From NCBI GenBank assembly GCA_051362555.1, contig CM120648.1, positions 15,000,587 through 15,064,586 of the forward strand: a DNA stretch of 64,000 nt, read 5' to 3'. The DNA is from Lingula anatina (taxonomy: Eukaryota > Animalia > Brachiopoda). Below, piece by piece: positions 40,365 to 51,044 of the stretch. How positions within the stretch are numbered: the stretch's first letter is position 1; each line of letters opens with the position of its first letter. The position numbers and the translations under genes were made by a program. Below the pieces are notes generated by a model. The model made no database searches and was not told where the DNA came from. It saw nothing but the letters and a program-made list of their open reading frames with translations.

Positions 40365-42669
40365 TTTTTTTTTTTTTTTTTTTTTTATTGCAATAGAAAA
40401 AAAGCAAGTACATAAATTTTTACAAGGACACAATATTCATTACAATACCAAAGTCCACAAGGATTTAACGAATAAGAAAATTATAGTCAATAATTTGTAT
40501 ACATGCAACTACACAAATCCATATATACCCCTCCATTTCTGCCATATAACATTGAATTTATCTAAGTCTTGAGATACAATGTATTTTTGCTTATAGATTT
40601 TGTATATATTTTCTAAATAAAGTTGAAGTTTTGTGAGTAACAGTGCGTCTTTCTGACATTTTGTTTTGTATATGAAAAACTTAATGTGTATAGTCATGAT
40701 TATATTGGATACATTACGTTCATTAATGTCAATTAAAATAAACTGTATATTACTGAAATTTAAATATATATTACAAGAAATTAACCATGCTTCTACTTGG
40801 CGTAAGAAGTTTTGTACAATATTGCAATCCCAAAGTATATGATATATAGTTTCTACCTCCTCGTGGCAAAATGTACACATAGGTGATTGAGATAGGCCAG
40901 TTTTATATACAAAGTTATTTGTGGTGAGGATTCTAGAAAATTCGAAACTGGAACCACAGCATTTTTGTGTCCTTTACCGACACATTGGTTTTCTTATATA
41001 TCTTTTCCCAAAAACTATGATCCCGAGGAGTAAAAATATTTGACCATTTTTCCTCAAAAATAGGCCTAGCATTCGAGCTATTTAATATGTCGTACATATC
41101 TTTTGATCCCCTTGTTTGTCTTACAATAACTCGTATACCTTCTGGTTGCCACGGACCGTACATTTTGATTTTATGTGGATTGAATTTTTTTCTGTATAGA
41201 TCATTTATTGTTGCGATAATACCATTGTATTGTAAAAAATTGATTTTAATATTGGAGAGTTCAGAAAATTCTTTATATGAATAAAGTCTACCTTTTTCAT
41301 TGATAAGATCGTTCACTTGTCTAAATCCTTTATCATACATCTCTTTATGGAACAGCGTCTCTTTATTTATCCTCAAAGAGTCACTGTACCATAAGGGGAC
41401 TTTATTCAACTCGGTCATTTGTTCTTTTTTTTTTCAACAATTCCTGCCAAGCTAAAAAAACATCCTTCCAAAATAAATTCTGTGTGCCTGTTTGACAGAA
41501 GCGCAAATATTCACAACCACAGTTTAGCATCAAGTCTAATTTATATCTATGCAAAAGGATATTTTGCCAAATACCCTCCCTATTTATCAACCGTCTCACC
41601 CAAGTTAATTTTAATGCCATTATTGAAGCTTCTACGTTTATCATATTTAGTCCTCCATCTTTTATTTTTTTACATAGGCCTACTATTTCCCTTTTTACTT
41701 TATCCGGTTTACCTTTCCAAAGAAATCCAAAGATTAGCTTTTTTAGCTCCTTAATTATTTGGTTAGATGGGTTAGGCAGTGAAATAAAAAGATGGTTAAA
41801 TTTCGATATTATGAGACTTTTAATCACTGTAATTCTGCCGACGGGGGTCAAAATTCGTCTTTCCCATAGTTTAAGTAATCGTTCAGTACTTTCAATTTTT
41901 CCCCGATAATTCCTTTCACATATAGTATCTAGTTCGACATAGAATTTAATACCTAATAATTTAAAAGACGTTGCACCCCATATTAATGTCCAATTTTTGC
42001 ACAGTTTCTCATTTGAATTTTTTTTACTCCCTATCCAAATAACCTGAGTTTTGTCATAATTTATTTTTAAACCCGAAATTTTTTCAAACCATCTTAGATC
42101 CTGTAGGGAGGCGTTAAGGGATTGTTCAGAACCATCTAAGATTAAGGACGTGTCATCTGCATATTGCGATATTTTGTATTCATTTTCCCCAATTTGTATT
42201 CCTTTAATTTGAGGGTTATTCTTTATGCTTACCGAAAGAATTTCAGAACATAACAAAAATAAATATGGTGATATCAAATCACCTTGTCCCAGGCCACGCT
42301 GTGGTTGAAACATTTCGGATAAATGACCTCCTTGATTTACTCTTGAAGTAATGTTTTTATAAAAGGTTTTAATGTAATTTATTATGTCTGGACCGAAATT
42401 AAAGAAAATAAGAACTTGATTTAGAAAGTCCCATGATATACTATCGAATGCCTTCTCAAAATCTATTAGAAGTAATATTCCAGGTACATGGTTTTCCTCA
42501 GTATATTGCATGAGATCATAGATTAAACGAGTATTTTCCCCTATGTATCTCCCTTTTAGGAAACCAGTCTGTTCTTTACTTATCAATTTATCCAATACCG
42601 TTTTTATTCTACTTGATACGACACCTGAGGCAATCTTGTAAACGGTATTCAATAGTGTAAGTGTAGTGT
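40365..42669 (-). mobile_element. 5'-truncated non-LTR retrotransposon, L1/Tx1 clade
   Basis: Poly(A) tail (poly-T at ~40363-40386) and a 16-bp TSD aacttcactacaactt (40349-40364 and 42670-42685), enclosing an ORF2 fragment. Confidence 0.95.
40509..42656 (-). pseudogene. Disrupted LINE ORF2: reverse transcriptase and C-terminal zinc knuckle (zf-RVT)
   Basis: Motifs ITLLNTVYKI, QTGFLKGR, DFEKAFD, QGDLISPYLF, YADD and CTFCHEEVETIYHILWDC. The frame is broken into three pieces (41402-42652, 40933-41418, 40509-40880). No endonuclease domain is present. Confidence 0.92.
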
Positions 42670-43394
42670 AACTTCACTACAACTTAATACCGCCTAGACA
42701 TGTGTCAAAATTACCCTTTTTTATGAGACAACAAAATCTTCTCTTACTTTTAAAATGTGGAAAATAGACTTGTATTTAGGTTGTGAATAAACCCAAGATT
42801 GTTTGGCAACGTATGTCAAGTTGGAAGCTTTTGTTTATTCTGCTTTTTTTAGAAGGGGATATCAAAATTTTACAGGCTTTCAGTTTTAAGATGATGAGTT
42901 ACTGTTTATGTTTGAATGCGAATAAGCTTTAATTGTTATCCTGTAAAGCTCTCTTTTGGAAGAACGAAAGGAAAAGCCTTATACTGTCTTACATGATGTA
43001 AAAGTTTCATATGGACAGCTTAATTAATAAGTAAACGTTATGTTAATTCTAAGTCACCGCTGTAATCATAGCCACTTTGAAAACACTCTCTCATACGGGA
43101 AGTGGGTGTGATGTTTATTTCCTTTTAAGGCCACTAATAGTAAAAGGAATCGATTTCACCAAGTGGAGCGACCCATCGTGGCATATTTAACCCCGGACTG
43201 ATCACTTGGCATGTCGAATTCCAGGTTGATATTCTAAGCTACATTTCTAGACGTGACCGCAACCGCCATGTTATCTCCAGGTATATCCAATGCCATTATC
43301 CCCCAGTATAGAGTGCGACCCAGGGAAACATGCTGTTGTCGCCTGTTCCCTCGTCTGGCGTGACTCCCGGGAATAAGACAGTGACTGTCAGTAA

Positions 43395-43617
43395 AGCCTA
43401 GGTCCCAACTACGTTTTGGACGCACGGTTTTTTTAGGTTCCTTGCGTCCGGCTAGAACGTAGCTAGATCGCAGGGAAGAAATCAGGTGAAAAGTTTCTAC
43501 GTGCTGTCTGCGTCCTCCAAAATGGACGTGCTCCTCACGCACGAACTCCCACGTTTTCCCCATTTTTTGGCTGTAAACCACACGTTACAGCCCGTACGTT
43601 CGGTTTGGACCTAGGCT
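43395..43617. mobile_element. Harbinger-like MITE with TAA TSD
   Basis: TIRs agcctaggtcc / ggacctaggct with TAA on both sides. It may be nested in an older related element at ~43237-43823. Confidence 0.65.
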
Positions 43618-43890
43618 TAATGGGTGCCGATGAAATTGTCCGTACGATTTTTTTATTGAATTGATAAGGAGCTATGTCTACATTACATGGCCTTAAATCA
43701 GTACGATTCCGTGCGTTGTCGCACGACCGCCGTGTACCTTCGCTCAGACGCCGTACAAAAAGGGTATTACGGGCAGTATCCGGGCACCGTACGGGCATTG
43801 CGGTTCAAATGTAATCTAGGCTTAACTCAACCAACTCCACACAGTCTCACCACAGCGGGACTCAAAGACTTCTTCAAAGATGAATATTTA

Positions 43891-44056
43891 CAGGCCCGTA
43901 GCCAGCAATCTCAGAGGGGGGTTCGTTTTCTGAAAAAGTGGACCTTTTACCATAAATTCCTCAAGTACATAGATCAAATTTCACCCAGAGTGGACCTTTT
44001 CCCAGCAAAAAGGGGGGTTCTTTCGAACCCCCGACCCCCCCCTGGCTACGGGCCTG
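43891..44056. mobile_element. Short MITE with 15-bp TIRs
   Basis: caggcccgtagccag ... ctggctacgggcctg, with internal gtggaccttt repeats. Confidence 0.75.
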
Positions 44057-44273
44057 ATTCATATTCATAAATGTTTACACCTTTGGTAATGAGAGCACTT
44101 GAACAAAAATGAACAGTACACTATTATTCGTTGCTGCAAAAGCAGTTATATTGTTTTGAGTTTAGAATCATAAACAACCGTATCCAGTTTCCCACGTTAT
44201 CTACTTTATATCCTCATTATTGATGTATCTATAGTCCGCACCTGACGCGGCACTATTATCAGCCAATGTGTTA

Positions 44274-44485
44274 AGCCCCCTTTACACTGGACGGCGTCCT
44301 TTCTGCGTCCAGCAGTACGGCCCCATTTGAGAGTTAAAAAATTATAATGCTTTACGTGCCGACAACTGGCCGATCATTGAGCATTCATTCTGATACAAAA
44401 TTAATGCTCGTGCCTCCTTATTAAGACCACAGCGATGCCAAATTTCATGGTCGCAGAAAGGACGCCGTCCAGTGTAAAGGGGGCA
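44274..44485. mobile_element. Harbinger/Tourist-like MITE with TTA TSD
   Basis: 33-bp TIR gccccctttacactggacggcgtcctttctgcg, flanked by TTA. A partial relative lies at ~35020-35115. Confidence 0.8.
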
Positions 44486-46150
44486 TTAGTGATGTATCCT
44501 GTAACGATTATCTCTGGAATTTGCCGTTTTGAATTTGCATCCATCTCTGCCAAAAACCTTTTAACTGGCATGAATAATTTAGTGCTGCGTGTCGTCGTTG
44601 TAACCATCAATTAATCTTAATACCGTTCGTCTCTTCCCATAAGTTTTGAATTTTTACTGAATGTGGTATAATTTTTGTAAAAAAATCGTTTTTTGAGTTA
44701 TCCGTATATTTATATTATCATACAATGATTGATTTTACTTTATATGAGATTATGCTCAGATAACGGGCACAGTGTGTGTTTTACCATCACCAAAAGAGAC
44801 AAAAATCAATATCAAGAATCAATTACCAGACGAAAGCATTGCATTTAAAGCGAATATTAAACTTCGGTGTTAGTGAATAGATTCAAAGAGAGCAATAACT
44901 GCGTGAATATGAAGTATGGAAAATATAAAAAACACAAATTGTAACAAATTCAATACAAAATAAGATACACAGGGTAAAGAAAAGCTCTTGTTAAACGTTA
45001 TATTATGGCAGGCAATAGCTTTTTTAATTGAAAAATATTCGGTAAGAAGATGTATGAAAAATTATTTAAAATGGATAATATTACAAAAATATTTTCTCGG
45101 GGAATGTGTATGTTAAAATGCCGAATTGTTGACATATTAGAAAATGATTATAATATAAAGGTGGAAATAATGAGACATTATGCAATTATAAAAATTCGTT
45201 CCTATGAATGTAATGTCCTACCCAGACCTAGAGGCGCAACTGTATTTAAACGCATATAGTAGATCTCTTTAACATCGGGCTGCGGTATACATCATCTTAT
45301 TGTTTTAAACTGTCAGGGACATACTCCTTTCAAGTCAGATTCCATTCGAGATTTATACATCAGATTAATAACAATATGGACATATAACCACAAAAATCTT
45401 CGAAAATGAAGTTGGGTTTTATGTTGACTTAAAACAAAATAGTGCAACGAACACCTATTATGTCGCGGAATTGATTGGAAGGGGTTTCCCTGTTCCTAAA
45501 CAAGCCCACTTTTCGTTCTCCAAAGCGATACATGGTACAAATGCAAAGTTCGACACGCACTTAAATTTTGATATTTTTTACTAAATTTAAATTGGAAGCC
45601 AAGGTTGAAAATTGATTGGGATTTCCTTGTATATATACAGAGAAGAGGTAAGAATGATAACATCCATCGATAAATTCCTTAGAAACCGAGGGTAAATTAG
45701 CAGCAAGCCTCCGCCGGTTTCAAGTTTGAAGAATTTCTATATCTCATATATATGAAGTAGTAGTAACAATAGAATGAACATTGGCAGCAGTGAACCGTAC
45801 AATAACCACTTTACATCTTATATTACTCATTTCACTTTAAATTACATCTTAATTGCCTCCATAAAGAAAAGCGAGTTGGTTTTTATAGTTATGATAAACA
45901 AATTGGCCTAAGAACTATTGACGGTTGTTTGACTCAATTATCCCTCATGCGATCATGTCGACTTCGCACTAATTTAGGTCAGTAACGTGAGCGATCAGCA
46001 CTTGCACATTACTAATAAAATGTCAATGTTGAGTTGTTTACAACACTTCCCCAGTGTGGCGTGTCATCTAATGATATCTATTCAGCTTTGCACATCAATA
46101 TTATCTAATTGTTTCACAACTATAGGAAATAAAAAGGCATGTGTTACATA

Positions 46151-46372
46151 CACCCCATTTCCATAGATTTTTAGATCGATCTATCCCTGTGGGGAGTCTC
46201 ACTAGATTACTGTCAGCTTGGCCGGCTTAAGCGTCTGTCCCGCCTACTAAAAGCTGTAAAGGGGTAATTAACTATGGTGCCCGCTCGCCTGACTGCAATT
46301 TAGCGTGAACCCCCAGGGAGTTAGGTCGATCTAAATCTTAATCTCTAGATCGATCTAAATCTCTGGGAATAG
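46151..46372 (+). mobile_element. Copy of the 230-bp Harbinger-like MITE family, about 60 bp downstream of the lectin stop codon
   Basis: tagatcgatctatccctgtggggagtctcactagattactgtcag ... gggagttaggtcgatct ... tctctgggaata. Confidence 0.75.
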
Positions 46373-46432
46373 TCATGGATGCTTCCCTGGGGTATTTCTG
46401 AAAGTGATTTAGCCACATTCATTAGTCTCGTT

Positions 46433-48016
46433 CTACACTGTCCCCAAGCATTTGTCTTCATAATATTCATAACCAGTATCTGGCAGGAGGTCGCCGAATT
46501 GAGCAGTACTGGGCAGAAGTTCACAGACACATCGGCCATTTCCAGAACAGAGAACGTTTATGGCCAAACACTTCCAGTTTTTCATACAGGAGATGCTGCA
46601 ATCACTGCGGCTGCGGACATTCAGCCTGGACAAGGGCACAAGGGTTGCGCGAACACCTGCTGTTATCCGTTTGAATGTAGTTGAAAATGTAATACCTATA
46701 CGAAGAAAATATTAATTAAATACGAGACTTAAAAAACTTATAACAAAGACGTGCTAGTACCTGACTGACCGGTTATTTCAACGTTGAATTAATAATAAAA
46801 TGTGTAAGGTTTATAGATATATTATTCACGCCTTTCAAAATACTGATAATATTATATACATGTACGTAATGTGGTATATCGCAGCTTGAGGTCCGCCTGT
46901 AAATGCGATTTTGAGAAACTATAAACTCACCATAAACTTCCACTTCACAAAGCTGCAATGGATCATCGTCACTACCAACTTTAATGATCAGGACATATCG
47001 TCCTCTCAGTGGTGATCCACAGGACAGAGACGTGTTCCCCACAGGTGCCACCCCCGGGTAACTGGCGCAGAGTTGGTACTGGGTGAATGATGAACTATCC
47101 ACGAAAGAGGTGCCAACTCTCACTTCGAAATTATTCAAACGGTCAGCTGAAAATAGTAGCAGACCGTAAAATTTGAGATAACACTTTTATCATACTGTAC
47201 TTGGATGTTATGTAGCGGTATATTAAACGATAACTCAGTTATTAAAATTATTATGCGGATCGAACTTAATATTCCAATACTTACGGCAATAAAAACAACA
47301 GCGACTAAATACAAACTATTTGCAAATAAAAAACCTTAAGCGGATCGAACTTTATATTCCAATACTTACGGCAAAAAAACAACAGCGACTTTTACAATTA
47401 TATATAAGGAACCAAAAATCTTACGACAGCAGTCGCCACGATTTGTTATAATTAGACCGGCAACCCTCTCCGTGGTTTGTAAGTCCACCAGCCACCATTG
47501 ACCCTGACCCCATCCTGTATGGCTACAACTACGATGGTGGTAGTCGTCGTCATAGTTACCATCCACAACAAGGCTGGCATTGCGCGTCTGGTAGGTGGAA
47601 CTTTGGTAGGCGGGTTTTCCTTTAGCCAAATTCTTCGTGCAACCTCTGCATAGTGTCACATCTGCCGGGGAAAGATACCAACAACATCTATTATTATAAT
47701 TATTATTATCATTATTATTATTATTATGTGCAAGGGTACAGTAAGAACACACAATATCTTTTTTGTCCTAATCAGATTGAAGGGGAATTTATAGAACAAT
47801 TTTAAATTCAGAAACAACTATCTAACCACACAGCTGGTAATGTTATGATATTGTGCCACAATGGATATCATATTATTGCCAAAATACATCTTTTTCAGCT
47901 CTATGACAAATCAGTAATAATAAAACACCACTTTTTACCTGGTGTGTTTCGTCTCTGTGAAACTTACCCAAAAATATCACTGTAACTCCGACAAGAAGAA
48001 GTCTTAGAACCACCAT
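46433..48016 (-). CDS. Secreted F-type lectin (fucolectin domain) with a C-terminal PAN/apple domain; 4 exons, 254 aa
   Basis: Exons are 48016-47968 (MVVLRLLLVGVTVIFL signal peptide), 47661-47425, 47146-46931 and 46695-46433. All introns are GT-AG and phase 1, giving 765 nt in frame. FTL hallmarks are NLAKGKPAYQSS, WWLVDL, H-x26-RGDCCPDR and LQLCEVEVYG. The last exon has the PAN-type pattern CSISC-x5-CLAINV...CEL. Confidence 0.93.
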
Positions 48017-48319
48017 GCTATAGTCACACACCTCGTTATCTCAGCAACTGCCGATGGCAGACAAATCAATAAAACATTCCGTTTATGCCTTGGATGGTGA
48101 TGTAATAAGGTTGGAGTGATTGCAAGGCAGAAAAGTTCAATTGATGCTTGAATGTTCAAAAGCGCCAACATAAATGACATTCATTAGTTGTCTCAATGAT
48201 GGATATTGAAATATAACCGGGTGTGTTCTAAGTATATGCTGCATGAAATTGATCTTTATCAAAATTTCTTCTCATCCTGTTATTATAACATCTTTACGTC
48301 CTTTCAACTATAATATGCA

Positions 48320-49990
48320 CACACACTGGACAAAAGAAGTGTCACCCCCTAACTCAGAGTAATAAAAGCAGGCAGATCTTGGGTAATTATAATGCCTGGT
48401 CTACTTATAATGTGACTAATGAGTATAAAAACCGCTGTACCATGGGATTGTATTGTTGGTCTTGTACATGGACAGCAAATGTTATTCCTGTCTTCCTCCA
48501 ATATGGCAAGATACAGGCAATTATCTAACGGTTATAGGTGCAAGTTATTAACCTGAAGAGGCGGAATATAAGTAATGTCAGTATATCGATACAATTGAAT
48601 TATTTAGTCAGAACCGTGCAGAGGGTCTGGACTCGGGTTAGAAACACTGGATCAAGAGACAAATTGCCTCTGATGGGTGGTCCAAGAAAAACTACTGGCC
48701 GTGAAGAGCAATGACTGATTTTGATGTCCAGGTTGTCAAAGTTCGACACTGCTTGTCAGTTGACAACACAGTGGAAAAATTTCACACATAAGAAGTGTCT
48801 GTGAAAATTGCTAGGCGTCGTTTACATGCTCATAGAGTGTACAGCAGGGTAGCAAGACTGAAACCTCTTATATCGTTACAAAACAGGCAACGTAGAGTGA
48901 ACTAGGGTCAACAGGATCTGGAACTGGACAGTCCATAACAATTGGTCCTAAATATTTTTTTCTGATGAGTGTCGCTTTGGTCTGACCTCTGATGACTGAC
49001 GGGTACGATGCTGGCGAACGGCTGGTAAAGCATTTGAACCACATGTACTGAATTTTCGAACCCGGAGCAGCATATTCATCATGGTGTGGGGATGCATCAG
49101 ACCGGATGGCCTTGTGGTTAGAGTGTCCACCTCCGGAGCGGGAGGACGTGGGTTCAAAACCCGTCCGGGGACATACCAGTCCTTTATAAACGGTACCTGC
49201 TGTCTCCCCGCTTGGCACTCAGCACTAAGGGGTTGAAGCAGGGGCCTGGTCAGGCAGTGCAGAAATGATATATTAGCTATGAGCGCCTAATATGGCAGCC
49301 GAGCTGTATGCTCCCCAGGGAGGTGAGACCGTCTAAGGAGTGCACCAGTGCAAAAATGACCAGGCTTCCTTGACTTAAATATTCAAATATATATGTAATT
49401 GTATAACTTCAACCTTCGGGTTGCCATTCTCCAATAAAGATTATTATTATTATTATTATTATTATCCATGACGTGGGCGAATTGATTGTGGTTGATGAAA
49501 ACATGAATCACTAGAAATATATCGATGTTTTGGAGTCAGGCTTGCTACCATCTATTTCTAACATGTTTGGTGACAGGAATTATCCATTTGTTCATCAGAA
49601 TGACAATGTTCCTTGTCACAGGACCAGAGCAGTTGATTATTGGTTTGACCAACAGGACATTCGCAGGGTGATGTGGCCTGCCCAGAGTCGGGATGCAAAC
49701 ATAATGGAAAATGTGTGGAATGATATGTCAAAACTTTGGACAAATGCCCGTCTAACCAGCAGAGAAACTCTGTTATATTCAGTGTCTATGTTTAGGCCAG
49801 CATAAGCCCTGAACGCATCAGACAATTATATGAATCCTTGCTTCGTAGACTGGCACCTATTATTAAGTCACGAAGCTATGCCACTAAGTACTAATTTTGG
49901 ACTTGAAACTGCATATTTTGGTAGAATGTATATTTTGTTTTCATTTTGTGACTTTTTGTGAATAGTAGCATATCATTCCACAGTCATTTA
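48320..49990 (+). mobile_element. Decayed Tc1-family (DD34E) transposon
   Basis: Transposase relic at 48503-49894 with FSDECRF, MVWGCI, HQNDNVPCH, WPAQSRDANIMENVW and a terminal ATKY*. Exactly 34 residues separate the second D and the E. It has many stops and frameshifts. A left TIR-like cactggacaaaagaagtgtcaccc is present; no right TIR was found. Confidence 0.88.
49100..49465 (+). mobile_element. tRNA-derived SINE inserted in the Tc1 transposase
   Basis: A box tggccttgtgg, B box ggttcaaaacc, central ggtacctgctg...gcttggcactcagcactaaggg, and aataaag followed by a (TTA)n tail. It splits the transposase between MVWGCI and HDVGELIVV. Confidence 0.88.
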
Positions 49991-50314
49991 TCTCCCCCAT
50001 ACACTGTAAAAACAGTGCTTAGCATTTAAATACATACAACATACGTTAAGCACCTATACGCATTTAGAAATATGTGTAAAAGCTAAGCACGTATGGCTTT
50101 TCAAGCGTTTCACAGAAGAAAAAGCTAGACACGTTGGTAGTGTTACACGTTTACCTATGTGCTTAGCTTCACCGGCATATGGATCTATAATAAGTCTATC
50201 ACAAGCTAAGCACATTGGCTAAGCACTTCCCCTGCTAAGCGCGTGAGGCTGCTAAACGCATGGAGCTGCTATAGGTGTGGAATTCCTAAACGCGTGGAGC
50301 TGCTGAACAGTATA

Positions 50315-50445
50315 CCCTCTACCAAGGCCGCAGTTGTTAGGGACATTTTTTGCTTAGGCGACATCAAATCAAATTGACTATCTATTTATCTAGCGACATA
50401 TCTGTGAATATCTGTGAAAAATCAATCTGTCGCCCTGGTAGAGGG
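50315..50445. mobile_element. Small TA-flanked MITE
   Basis: ta|ccctctaccaaggc ... gccctggtagaggg|ta. Confidence 0.6.
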
Positions 50446-50705
50446 TACATTGTAGCTGAACAACAAGTTTACCTTTTCAAGCTTCTTTCAGAAGAAATAA
50501 AAATGTTTAACATTCTTAGAAGTGTCGCACTTTTAGCTATGTGATTAGTTTCATCGGTCCCATAAGTTTATTACAAGGCTCAACAATTTGGTTTAACACT
50601 TCCCCTTGTAAACGTGTGGAGCTGTTGAAGGCGTGGAGCAGTCTGCTCGAACGCTTTGTGTCCTTCCTTGCAGTAACGCGTGCTTATTTAAAATAGGCCC
50701 ATTAA

Positions 50706-51044
50706 AGATGCATACAAAGTCAATTTTTTGCTCAAAAACCAACCAAATACCAGTATATAGTTTCAAAAAGTATAATTAAGAAAATTGCCAGAAGGCAAAT
50801 GATATTTGAATGGATTTTTCTGTTAGCTTACTATCCTTTATATACATGGGGCAGAAAAGTAAGTCACATAAGAAGGTTTAATTTCTGACCAAAAATTTAA
50901 AGAGCAGTTTAAAGCTCTTTTATGGCTGATCGAGTGATTTATTCAGTTTGTCCCTTTATTTGAGTCGTATAAGAATCTAGTAGAAATGGTTTATATGTGT
51001 TACTGGCAACCCACGCTCCACCGATGCTCGGTTGATATGTACCT
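50706..51044 (+). mobile_element. Kolobok-like MITE (TTAA TSD, AG..CT ends)
   Basis: ttaa|agatgcatac ... atatgtacct|ttaa. A second, inverted copy lies at 62817-63186. Confidence 0.75.

Larger units (their letters stand above)
37970..42870 (+). repeat. ~2.5-kb duplicated segment, copy B, interrupted by a LINE
   Basis: Colinear with 32500-34990. Homology resumes right after the LINE TSD (aacttaataccgcc at 42681, matching 34776 in copy A). Confidence 0.85.

Noticed and set aside
47256-47390. ~85-bp tandem duplication in lectin intron 2 (also a 26-bp duplication at 36694-36744)
   Set aside because: Ordinary local duplications with no evident functional signal.
49100-49175. tRNA gene
   Set aside because: It is the head of a SINE, with a body and (TTA)n tail and no proper acceptor stem or terminator.
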